Source: a virus
Length of the DNA: 64,000 nucleotides
Reading direction: 5' to 3' (one strand)
Virus record (IMG/VR): IMGVR_UViG_3300023174_000122
Span: 1-64,000 of that record
Notes under the pieces: model-generated
Database searches by the model: none
Told to the model about the DNA's origin: nothing
Seen by the model: the letters and a program-made list of their open reading frames with translations, nothing else
Translations under genes and position numbers: made by a program
In this document: piece by piece, positions 30,701 to 40,500 of the stretch
Numbering within the stretch: position 1 is the first letter of the stretch
How the letters are laid out: each line of letters begins with the position of its first letter

Positions 30701-31402
30701 ATAGAATTCTTAAAAGATTTTGGTGTTGACTTATTATTGATTAATCAACTTATAGATAACAAAGATATAATTGAAATTTACTTATTTAAAATAAATAGCG
30801 GCCTAAATGTAGATTTAAATAATTCATTATTAATGAGCAAGTCTTCTAAAGATTTTAGATTTAATAATAGCGGATTAAATTATTCCGTAAATTTAAATGG
30901 TGTAGCTCAAATTACAGGGAGCAATTATACTATATCTAATACGACATTAGGTTCTCCAGTTTCATTTTATGAATTTAGTGATAATCTTGATGGGGATTTC
31001 ATCAAAACTAATGAATTTTTATTAAATTATACTGGTCAGACTGGTCAAGCTTTATCAACAAAAGACTTTTTATATTTAAATGGTCAAAAATTAATAAGTG
31101 GATATCAATATAATTTTGGGTCTTCTGCTGTGAGCTTTGTTACTGGAAACATTCCTGTCACAGGATTAATATATGGATTTAATGTGTTGGTTGATTATGT
31201 TGTATATACTGGTAATATGTATACTTTTGATTTACCTAGATTTAGTAAAAATAGTGAATTAATATGGTTAAATGGTATTAAATTAAGATCTGATAGCTAT
31301 TATGAAATTTCAGAAAATGATTCTTTTTATAATCCAATTTTTAGTGACAAAACAGCTGTAAATATATATAATAATACGGATAATTATTTTAATGAGTACT
31401 AA
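27749..31402 (+). CDS. tail protein with N-terminal LamG-like domain and RCC1 repeats
   Basis: RCC1 repeats: ISVGGYHNVALKADGTVTGWG, VGYNHSLFLKNDGTLIIWGDNSFNQ, IAAGTTHTIAIL; C-terminal LNG repeats. Confidence 0.7.
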   Translation: MKNSTKYFLNNLSVGTEDYILHYMFDSDNFSGNYYVYNNSTYEDYTGYYSGSNLTNNLNKQTGYLYFTGTSNLKINLKDFQSDSYTFLLSYERTNNSPCVLFSNLNTGANGQYYGFNACVNSYNNLLIEYYDSNKELKYLSPKYNLDTKGIISFRGYADNIFLSYYNAAYDDLFTEAFSIDNNISPNVSGLIVLASGKFSNLPNYSGYIKDFIFIDKNINDSQLNKIIDQFTYNLKTYYTFEKGAESYSYSNYPEDVTHVFDSYVDVTGCFNNTFLDNTGVIYGSITGSNYSLDLTGITGYNLTTPQNLLLLKNKIKKFEYFGDGTALALLQDNTITGWGSNDQGSLYGVTGYAGHWTGSPVGKLTNITDISCKNNFCFALKDDNTVTGWGDNGYGKIYGTILYTDPMNNIFTGNYSDTPLGQLTDITSAKVGYNHSLFLKNDGTLIIWGDNSFNQVAFINDRENLNYPLKIQITGIYNDWSYLSGLTLNYTGQYNSKPAYKYTNDLENFGLSLYNNTTGWILDYGSLSDVIEITGNTSLPTNNNLNIPYQIVIENSQDTGINGLYIYRSVDSIYWKDGTNSNVIIGNDGGYGNNVWGIESYGDIVYFNSGIGSPSLFPLTGWSGNNEFDYYGDITIKPKYVQLDYVYNSDTEGRFTGVFEETLIAQLTGISKISVGGYHNVALKADGTVTGWGGEGLDANPRGGNGLTGVLDIAAGTTHTIAILNTNNSITGWGDDMHGQAGDPLGLTGAIQIDAGFNFSTILLANKNLNYYGLVGFGNFLTNVKKYNSSEYGTYAEYITGQQVKNLVSGNAYFNYTIEVERPTIVTETITTIVSQISGYENQLLFSGVTGYNTGWYKDIPDFCGTGFPLYLISGIIGTITGDVLTGIDITTSSSISQRVVLSNQTYQTGFSSGIYDSLKTGNYIYEFNYTNNGNDVNGLENLYLDSGYYTQQSKNILDRENCLITNKNTTLNYNKNYTLEKNIEFLKDFGVDLLLINQLIDNKDIIEIYLFKINSGLNVDLNNSLLMSKSSKDFRFNNSGLNYSVNLNGVAQITGSNYTISNTTLGSPVSFYEFSDNLDGDFIKTNEFLLNYTGQTGQALSTKDFLYLNGQKLISGYQYNFGSSAVSFVTGNIPVTGLIYGFNVLVDYVVYTGNMYTFDLPRFSKNSELIWLNGIKLRSDSYYEISENDSFYNPIFSDKTAVNIYNNTDNYFNEY

Positions 31403-34400
31403 AAATAAAGTAGAAGCTATAACGCTAAATGGAAGCAACCAATATATGGGTGGCAAAATATATTTTTGCAGTTTTAGTCCAAATTTTAGTGAAAAGCCAA
31501 GCGAAGTTCAAGTTAATGTGATAAGTGAAAATGGTACATATTCTAAGCCAAATATTAATTTTAGTGCTCCAGTAAAAGTTAAAATTGGAAAATTAGATCT
31601 TGGCGATATGTACCCTTATAAATATAAAAATCGATATTCTTCTCAAGGAAATATTTTAGAAGTGTCATTTATAGATCCAAGTTTTATTTTAGATAAAATT
31701 TTTGTTGGATTAATTGGTAAGCATGGATGGAGTACAACCTTCGCAAAAGAAATAAAAGAATCAAATGAAAAAACTTTCTCAGAAGCTTTAGGAATACCTA
31801 GTAGTAGCAGCAGCAGTAGTAGCAGCGGTGTTGGCGAAGGTACTGACATTTATCATAGAGTAACTGATAATTTTTGGTTAATTGGAAGACAATTTCATCC
31901 TTGCGATGAAAATAAAGATAATGTCATAACTCATCAAGAAGCATATAATGTAGATCCTTGTGATCCATGTCCATCTTGTCCAGAAGATAAATATGAGAAT
32001 CGTTGCAAAGAATTAGCTTATACAACTATATTTGAAGTAGGATACTGTTTTCAAGATCTAATTGATACGGTTTCAAGTTTTAAGATTAAGCAAGGTTCAA
32101 CAGACATAACTTTAGAAACTCCTCAAGGATTAACTATAGATCAATTAAATAAATTCTATAGAGACTACCACGGACCTTTAAGAGAAGTCTTAACAGCTTG
32201 GGCAAATGATTTTGGTCTTAATTGGTATTACGATATAAAAGATAAAAAAATTAAATTCATCGATATCTCGTCGAAAGAAATACAAGTAGATGTTAAAACT
32301 ACAATTGCTAAATATGATAAAAAAAGTCTTATTTCTTATGATCACGAAGTATCTGCTGAAAATACTAGTCAACGAGGCGCAATCTCTTGGTATGAAAGGG
32401 GTGGAGAAAGAAAAAGCGCAGACTGCTCGAAGGCTAATACGGTTATACTTTCTGCGCTATATGGGGCCGATTATCTTGGTAATAGAAGTCGAACTCTTCT
32501 TAAAGGAGATGACATTAATTCTAATACGGACATAATGGGCTCAATATTAAGAGCTTATAACCCATTACTTCGTGAATTATTCTGGCAAAGAGCCGTTTAT
32601 AAAATGAACAAATCATCAGATCTAATAGATTATATCAATGATTTTTCTATAGGTGCTGGTAGCAGTAGCAGCAGCAGCAGCAGCAGTGTTCCATTTGGAA
32701 GTTTTGGTGATGATAATTATGAATATCAATCATCTAATAATAAAATACTACCAGAACTAGGAGATATGCAAATTCTTGCAGTTATTGATTGCGGTTTATC
32801 TAAAACCGATAAAGAAAAAACAACTTTTCAAAAATTTGCTAATGCTCAATATGAAGATCTAACAAGAAGCATGAACACTTACGATAGAATAAAATTTATT
32901 CAAAATAGCGGATTTTTTGTTGTTGCGTATATAAATGAAGATACTTTAGCTAAAAGGTACGATATGGAAGATGAGCTTTATAGTTTTCTTGGTAAATTTT
33001 TTATTAGAGAGCACCTTTTTCGTTTGTGTGGAATCACTGGAAATGATGAATTTGTAAAAAATAATACTAACTTAGAGTCTGCTGATGGCACAGCTACTAT
33101 TTATTCTAAAAAAGATGGTATTGGTAGTCATCCATTAAGTAAATATAAATTTTATAAAAGTGGTTATTTAGGATGTATTGTTGGAAGTGGTAATGTATCT
33201 ACGACAGATCCAAAATCAAATAAAGGAGCTATTGGACAGAGTCAAGGATTTCAAATGCAGGAAAGACAAGCAAATGGAATAAATACAGTGCAGTTACAAG
33301 AAACTCCTCAAAAATATGTTGATGCAGGAGGAAGTGCTGGATCTATGATATCTCCTGAAAAAGGTAAAGAAAGTATGTCTAGATTTGAGCAAACTGCAAT
33401 TATTTTAGAGCGAGAACCTAAGTGGTATCCAGAAGTTCAATTATTTCAAGATCAATATAATGATTACATTAATAAAAATTTAAGTCAAATGGAATGGAAA
33501 TTATTTGGAAATAATGGCATGCCTCCTGGATCCGATTGGGTGACAACAGCATTTGGAGGAAATACTGGATTTTTAAAAAGTGGAATAGCTGGATCAATTA
33601 AAGTATTTGTTGTGGAGACTGGAGATTTTCCTGTATATCCTTTATTCCAAGAAGATTTCGGTAGTACTTACTCGCATCCTATAGATCAAACGGCTACCGC
33701 TTCCAGAAAAATGCTAAGAAGAGTAGGCGGAAAATATTCTCCTCAAACTCCAATAGGATTATTAAATAATACATGTCATAAGATTAACTTTGGTAAAAGT
33801 AAAACTCTACCAGAAATTTATACTCCACCACATACTTTTGTCAAATCAACTAAAAAAGATTTAATAGAAAAAGATATTTTAAGTGAAACAAAGTCTCAAG
33901 GAGCAGGAGGAGGAGCTAAATCTTGTGATGTAGGTCTAGGAAAAGAACCTCACAGAGTGCCAGCTTATAGAGTATATGTTTCTCAATCTTTTTCTCAAGC
34001 GGTTACATTGCCAAAAATACAAACTGGAGTATTTTCGAATATGAAATGCGATACTGCCGTAAGAAATTTAAATGTTAGTTATACTAAATTAACTGATGAT
34101 GATTTTAAAAGCTATACGGGAAGTAACGGTTATGGATGTATTCCTGATACAAGATATTTAGATGGAATAAATAACGCTTATACTGGGAATGTTTTTTCTA
34201 ATACTGTACCAGATGATAGTTTGAATATAGAAATCAAAGGTTTACCAGATCTTCAAGACTACGCTCAAGAAATTAAGCAAGGTTTAGATAGTGTTAATAT
34301 ACAAATTTCTGATCAAGGCATTAATTCAACTTTGCAATACAGTACAAAAATGGTAAAAGGCATATCTTCAGATTTATTAAAATTCCAAAATTCTAGAAGA

Positions 34401-34427
34401 TTTGATAAAAATGCTAGAGGCATATAA
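31392..34427 (+). CDS. baseplate hub/tail tip-like protein with poly-Ser and Cys cluster
   Basis: GPLREVLTAWANDFGLNWYYD resembles hub (gp27/gpD-like) segments; two Ser9 tracts. Confidence 0.45.
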   Translation: MSTKNKVEAITLNGSNQYMGGKIYFCSFSPNFSEKPSEVQVNVISENGTYSKPNINFSAPVKVKIGKLDLGDMYPYKYKNRYSSQGNILEVSFIDPSFILDKIFVGLIGKHGWSTTFAKEIKESNEKTFSEALGIPSSSSSSSSSGVGEGTDIYHRVTDNFWLIGRQFHPCDENKDNVITHQEAYNVDPCDPCPSCPEDKYENRCKELAYTTIFEVGYCFQDLIDTVSSFKIKQGSTDITLETPQGLTIDQLNKFYRDYHGPLREVLTAWANDFGLNWYYDIKDKKIKFIDISSKEIQVDVKTTIAKYDKKSLISYDHEVSAENTSQRGAISWYERGGERKSADCSKANTVILSALYGADYLGNRSRTLLKGDDINSNTDIMGSILRAYNPLLRELFWQRAVYKMNKSSDLIDYINDFSIGAGSSSSSSSSSVPFGSFGDDNYEYQSSNNKILPELGDMQILAVIDCGLSKTDKEKTTFQKFANAQYEDLTRSMNTYDRIKFIQNSGFFVVAYINEDTLAKRYDMEDELYSFLGKFFIREHLFRLCGITGNDEFVKNNTNLESADGTATIYSKKDGIGSHPLSKYKFYKSGYLGCIVGSGNVSTTDPKSNKGAIGQSQGFQMQERQANGINTVQLQETPQKYVDAGGSAGSMISPEKGKESMSRFEQTAIILEREPKWYPEVQLFQDQYNDYINKNLSQMEWKLFGNNGMPPGSDWVTTAFGGNTGFLKSGIAGSIKVFVVETGDFPVYPLFQEDFGSTYSHPIDQTATASRKMLRRVGGKYSPQTPIGLLNNTCHKINFGKSKTLPEIYTPPHTFVKSTKKDLIEKDILSETKSQGAGGGAKSCDVGLGKEPHRVPAYRVYVSQSFSQAVTLPKIQTGVFSNMKCDTAVRNLNVSYTKLTDDDFKSYTGSNGYGCIPDTRYLDGINNAYTGNVFSNTVPDDSLNIEIKGLPDLQDYAQEIKQGLDSVNIQISDQGINSTLQYSTKMVKGISSDLLKFQNSRRFDKNARGI

Positions 34428-36520
34428 TGGTAACAAACTCTTTCATAAGAAGAAATTTTTTAAACCAAACTGGAGATTTTAATACCACTTGGAAAATTTC
34501 TGCTAATAATCTTACTGGATCTGGCTCTTTTGGCTTGAGTGGAGTAGGACAAAATTATTCATTTACAATAAAAAGTGGAGAAATATATGACCCATATAAT
34601 AAACTGCTTGGTTCATATCAAGTTAATATACCTTTTACTTTACAAAATAATATAAATAATTCAAAAGACTCCTTATATTATAATGAATCTCCTAAATTTT
34701 TATTTAAAACTAATGATTTTTTTACAAATCATAATTATAATTATTTTTTCGTTAATCCTTCTGGCCTAGATATTGATTTTGATTTTTTTATAAAAGGCGA
34801 AGCAACTACTTTACAAATTTCCACATTAAATCGTAGGTCTAAAAATGATAATACTAATGTCATAGTAAATACAATAACTGGTAAAATTGTTAACACGAAT
34901 AGTAATTTAAATGTAAAAATTTTTGATGGAAATATTCTAGATGCTCCGCAGTATACATTATCTGGATTTCCACTATCTTTTAATGATACTGGATACTTTT
35001 ACATAAATTCAGATAGTGGGACAAATAAATTTTTAAATAATAACTTAAATTTAGGAATGGTTTTAAACACTAATTTTGGACAAAGCAATTTTAATCTAAA
35101 TATCGTAAATGAGTATATACCTTTTAGATTTTCTTCACTTTCACTAAGTCCAAGCGGGGATATGTCTATAGCCCAAGATCAAACATTAAATGTATTAGCT
35201 CAATATGGTACTGATAGTGGTTCGTTTTTAAATATAAAATTAGAGTATATATCTGGTTCGACTGGATTTTTTACTGGATATCTTCCAGGTACAGGATATG
35301 TAACTGATACAATTTATGGGATAATAACTGGATCTGGTTATATAGAAAAAATATTAAATTATCCAATCTTATTAACAGGATATAACGCATTCAAATCAAG
35401 TTATGATTATTCTGAGGCAACAAATATAAAAATAACTGGTTTTGCTTATGCTACTGGAGATGTTATATTTAATTATTCTGTGACTGGAACTGGATTAGGT
35501 ACAGGTTTTGCATATTTAGATATACCTTCTAGTGGAAATATTAATGTTCATCTTTCTGGATATGTACCTTATGTAGGAGGTGGACTTTTAAGTTATACAA
35601 CTGGTAATTTTATAACAACTGGATATTCAGTAGATCAAAGCAATGACCCAATAACAATAACTGGATATTCTTCTCAAGTCACAAATTTTATAAACGTAAA
35701 ATATACTGGAGATATAACTGGAGTATTTTTAGAGAGTGGGCAGTATAAAAGCAAACTATTTAGTGGATATCATACGTCTTCATATGCTGGACAAAAAATA
35801 ACCAGCGACCCATATTATTTATTAGCTACTGGATACGCTACTGGATATAACAAAACTGGAATTGTAGATGCTGATTTTTTTAGATTTTTTGAAGGTGGAA
35901 ATTATTTTTTTATAAAGAACGCCACAGGAATTTCTGGGTATTCTCTTATATCTGATTCTGAAAATGTAATTACTGGATTATCAGGCTTATTAAATTGTAA
36001 AACTGCAGATCCTATAAAATATTCTGGTATAGCATTAATGTCTGGGATTAATAAATTTAATCTTTTTGTAGATGAGTGCGATGAAAATCCAATATTCTTT
36101 TATTTTCTAGCTACTGGTAAAGCTATTGGAGAAATTAATTTATATTCCGCCTTAGATAATAAAGTGGTTGATGCTGATATATTAAAATTTTTAATTATTG
36201 GCGCCAGTGGAAGCAATAAGAACAAATTTGCTAATTTAGAAAACTTAAATTATTTAACTGGGAACGCTTATGGAACTGGAATAAGAACTAGGATATCTCA
36301 TCTTGGAAATACTATAAGTGGAAGTGGATATTTTAGTGGTATTTTTTCAGAAGGTTCTTGCGAAAATTTAGGCATTTGGGAGCATAATTTTATTGATTTT
36401 ACAATTACCACTGGTCTTTATCTAACAAATAACTATATATCTTCTTTTGAAAGTAAAATTATCTCTTCGGAAGAGAATATATCCTCTAATTTCAATAGTA
36501 TTAAGTTCACTATTCTATAA
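34427..36520 (+). CDS. [S/T]G-rich virion structural protein
   Basis: 697-aa ORF in tail module with about 50 SG/TG dipeptides. Confidence 0.6.
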   Translation: MVTNSFIRRNFLNQTGDFNTTWKISANNLTGSGSFGLSGVGQNYSFTIKSGEIYDPYNKLLGSYQVNIPFTLQNNINNSKDSLYYNESPKFLFKTNDFFTNHNYNYFFVNPSGLDIDFDFFIKGEATTLQISTLNRRSKNDNTNVIVNTITGKIVNTNSNLNVKIFDGNILDAPQYTLSGFPLSFNDTGYFYINSDSGTNKFLNNNLNLGMVLNTNFGQSNFNLNIVNEYIPFRFSSLSLSPSGDMSIAQDQTLNVLAQYGTDSGSFLNIKLEYISGSTGFFTGYLPGTGYVTDTIYGIITGSGYIEKILNYPILLTGYNAFKSSYDYSEATNIKITGFAYATGDVIFNYSVTGTGLGTGFAYLDIPSSGNINVHLSGYVPYVGGGLLSYTTGNFITTGYSVDQSNDPITITGYSSQVTNFINVKYTGDITGVFLESGQYKSKLFSGYHTSSYAGQKITSDPYYLLATGYATGYNKTGIVDADFFRFFEGGNYFFIKNATGISGYSLISDSENVITGLSGLLNCKTADPIKYSGIALMSGINKFNLFVDECDENPIFFYFLATGKAIGEINLYSALDNKVVDADILKFLIIGASGSNKNKFANLENLNYLTGNAYGTGIRTRISHLGNTISGSGYFSGIFSEGSCENLGIWEHNFIDFTITTGLYLTNNYISSFESKIISSEENISSNFNSIKFTIL

Positions 36521-36527
36521 TGAAACT

Positions 36528-36535
36528 AGTGTAAA
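36528..36535 (+). promoter_or_regulatory. putative late promoter motif AGTGTAAA
   Basis: Intergenic; followed by AAGGAAAAAGG and ATG 36560. Confidence 0.55.
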
Positions 36536-36559
36536 TACACGAAGGAAAAAGGAAAAAAT

Positions 36560-37525
36560 ATGTATATTCCAGTGCAATACCCCAGAGATCCTTGTAATCT
36601 TCCTATTGAAAGTGGTGAAGCCCCAAATTTTAATTTTACTTTAGAAAATAAATTAAATTTAGATTACTCTACAAAGCATAAAGTTATAATATATAAAAGT
36701 GGCATAAATACTGGATACTGGCCTATATTTGAAACAAATTATCAAAATAATTTAAACTTTAATTTAAAACTAGACTCTGGGGAGTACAAGACTGAAATTA
36801 AGAGCATATACCAAGAAGATAAGACCTATTTAAATTTTTGTAATAATGGGATAGAAGTTTTAAATTTTATTGATACATCTATTAGCAATCAATCTGGTTT
36901 TAAAGTTTTTAAAACTTCTCTTGAATTATTCTTTGAAGATTTTTTGAAAGAAAATTCAAAAAACAAAATTGCAAACATTTATTTTGACAATGATCCACAA
37001 AATATAACTGGGTTTGATTTTACTAATAGCACTGGAATTTTAAGAAATTCTTTAACAGGAGTTAAGATTCTAAATTCTTATTTGGACGGTACATCAATCG
37101 TAGAAGCTATTCCTTATATAGATCGAGTATCTTGGTCTGAAAACAGCAATAATACAATACAAATCGTTAATATTATCACTAATAGTGCCCCATATATAAT
37201 TGGTGGTACTTCTCCTCGACCAAGTCTAACAGATATTTACTATTCTCCACCGTTTGAAATTAGATATAGAACATTAGCGAATTATTTAAATACTTATCTA
37301 GGGCCTGAGAGGTCAATTAATTTTATATTTTTTAATAAAAATTTAAACTTAAATGTAAACGAAAAACAATTTAAATACAATGAAAACCAAGTTAAATTAT
37401 TTTACAAAACTTTAGCTTTTGAACTAGATGGTTTATTTGGAGAAAATGAAGTATCTCCTATTATAAAATCTATAAATAACGCTAGAGATATTCAAAAACA
37501 AAGAGTAGATTGTCCAGATGAGTAA
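36560..37525 (+). CDS. hypothetical virion protein
   Basis: 321-aa ORF. Confidence 0.55.
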   Translation: MYIPVQYPRDPCNLPIESGEAPNFNFTLENKLNLDYSTKHKVIIYKSGINTGYWPIFETNYQNNLNFNLKLDSGEYKTEIKSIYQEDKTYLNFCNNGIEVLNFIDTSISNQSGFKVFKTSLELFFEDFLKENSKNKIANIYFDNDPQNITGFDFTNSTGILRNSLTGVKILNSYLDGTSIVEAIPYIDRVSWSENSNNTIQIVNIITNSAPYIIGGTSPRPSLTDIYYSPPFEIRYRTLANYLNTYLGPERSINFIFFNKNLNLNVNEKQFKYNENQVKLFYKTLAFELDGLFGENEVSPIIKSINNARDIQKQRVDCPDE

Positions 37526-40500
37526 ATATCTTACAAGAATAAATTCTTCAAGCGGAAATTATGGTGATTCCTTTGGATTGACCACTGCTATTAACGGTGA
37601 CGGAAAATTAATTTATGTTTATTCTTATGAGAATACTGGAGTTCACGTTTATTTAAAAAATAATTTTACTAACCAATGGATACCAAGTCATTATATAGAT
37701 CGTACTGATCAATCCGATCCGATTGGATCTTTACAGATTAAAGTAAACAATCTTGGAAATATACTTTTATTTTCTGATGAAAAGCGGTTTTGGAGTTACA
37801 AAGCCCCAGTATATGATTTTGGATATGACTCCGCCAAAGGAGTTGTAAAAACAGAATTTATAAATAAATTAGCTATTAATTCAAATGGTAGAAAAATAAT
37901 CACTAGCACAAAAAAACTAGACAATATTCCTAAAAAAGTTATTTTATATGATGAAGATAAAACCAGCGTAGCAAATTATGGTTTTACAGACTATTCAAGT
38001 CTTAAAGTTAAACAATTCGTTGATCCAACAATGGCAAGTTTAAATTGCTATAAAAAAATTGGAGTCGGTCTGGACCACTTTACTGTATTAAAAACCAACG
38101 GAAAAGTAACTGGCTGGGGATATGATTATATGGATGCAAATTCATTTCCTACTGGATTTACTAATGAAAATGATTTAATCAATGTGACTGATTTAGCATC
38201 CTTTGCTTATGGAAATCTTTTGATATACAATAGCGGTACATATACTGGATTGATAACTGGTTTCGGTTATAGCCAACTTTATAATGGAGACCCAAAAAGA
38301 ACTGTATTTTCTAATATTCCTAAAAATACAGGTTTTACAAAAATAGCAGCATTGAATGGTATTGCCTTGGCTATCAATCAGAATAGTGGGACAGTTTTTA
38401 ATTGGGGAGATGACACCAACATAGATTGGTATAGTTATCCAGCGATAACACCTGATCAAATACCTAAACCACTACATCCTATAACTGGCGCGGTAGACAT
38501 TGCATTGGGAGGGAAGCTGGGTCTTTATAATAGATCAACCGTTTATTTAATTCTTTTAAAAAATAATACTTGCACGGGTTGGGGTTATAAAGATAATGGT
38601 CATTTCAATTTTCCATACCGTAATGGTAAAAAAATAAAATCAATTTCAGCTGGGATGAAAAATTCTTATTTATTATTTGATGATGGTGTCATACGTGGTT
38701 CTCCTGATATCAATGTCGCAGAGGGCTACAATGGTATGATTCCTTGGGAGTGTTTTGGAAGTGCTACTAGAATTAAAACTTCGAGTAAAGTTTCTTTAAT
38801 TGATAATGATGATTTTAATCATGGTTTTACAGGACAAGGAGGAATTACTACTTTTTATTCCCCATCTAATTACTATGGAGAAGACTACTCATCATTTTTC
38901 AAACCTTTTGGTGACAGTAGTCTACTTTATGATCGTCCTGAAGTTCTACCTTATGAATATACTCCAGCAGAAATAAATTTAAGAAATTCCGTGGATTTTG
39001 ATTTATTTGATAGAACGCCTGAGGAATACGACGACATCGGTTTCGGTTTGTATACTAATAATATGTTTCCAGTAACTCATAATTTAAACGCTGTAATCAA
39101 AGAAAATGGAAAAATACATACTTGGCTTGGAACTTCAAGTACGAATGCTTTATCCATAGAGTTTAAGGATCTAAAGTGGGACCCGAATGGCAATGGCTAC
39201 CCAGAAGAGTTCACCCGAACGATGATGAAAGAAGAATTGCTGCGTATCCCAGAATCAATACAAGAATGTACTGGCGAGGGTAATATAAATTCTAAGTTTG
39301 GAGATTCAATTGCTATGAACTCTGGGAATTTAATTTTTATCGCTGACCCTAGTTATAATAATACTGGAATTATTTATATATATTCTGAGCAATTAAATTG
39401 GGAAAAGACTGGAATAATAACTGGTAGTAAAAATAAAATCAATGAATCTTTTGGTGAAAATTTTTATATCACAGATGATGGAAACACTGTTGTAGTGGGT
39501 TGCCCAGAGACATTTGATAAATCTGGATCTTTTTATATTTTTCAAAAAGAAGCAAATTCTTGGCAAGAAAAATTTAATGTTACTGGTTTTAGTGGAGAAC
39601 ATTATTCAGGACTTGGTAGTAAAATTATTATTAATGATTCAAAAAATTTAATTTTAGTTTCATCTTTAAGTGGATCTGGATCAATACATTTATATACTGG
39701 AAATAATCAAGGTTGGAGTGGCATAAGTATGATAAGTAATCCATCAAACCCAATCTCTGGATCATGGAATTTAAATACTTTTAATCAATGGACAGCTAGC
39801 AAAAATTTAGAAACTTTAATTATACCAGATCCATATTTTAACTCAGGTGTGCCACAAACAATTTCTACTACAGTACGAATTCAAGAAGTAGCAAAAATAA
39901 GTGGAAACGATTTATCTTTCAACGATAATTTTGGTATTAGCTTAGCCATGAACTCGTCAGGAAATATTGTTGTAGTGGGTTCATATGGAGACGATATAAA
40001 CGGAATTTCTAACGTTGGTTCTGCTTATATCTTTAATGGAAATGGAGCTAATTGGGTTCAAGTAGCAAAGATCACAGGACGTGATGGTAGCGCAAACGAT
40101 AGCTTTGGCTGTAGCGTAGCAATAAACTCGGGAGGAAATATTATCCTTGTGGGCGCAAGTGGCGACTTATCTGGTACTGGTTCAGCTTATATCTTTACTG
40201 GAGATGGCGTCAATTGGGCACAAGCGGTAAAGATTACAGGAAGCAATTCTACTACAAATGGAAATTTCGGTTGTAGCGTAGCTCTAAATGCGTCAGGAGA
40301 TGTTGCGCTCATAGGCGCAGTCAATGATAATATAATAGACCTTAGACCAAACTACGAAACCTTGAATTGGTACGGCCTTCAGGAACCCGAGGACGAAAAT
40401 GGAAACCCAATCCCACCCGTAAACAGAAAACAAGGCGGCTCTGCTTATATTTTCACTGGAGATGGAGCTAATTGGAAAGAAGCTATGAAAATTAGACAAC

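Noticed and set aside
36447-36644. 65-aa ORF bridging two genes as a possible frameshift product
   Set aside because: It runs across a promoter/RBS-bearing intergenic region and is out of frame with both neighbours.
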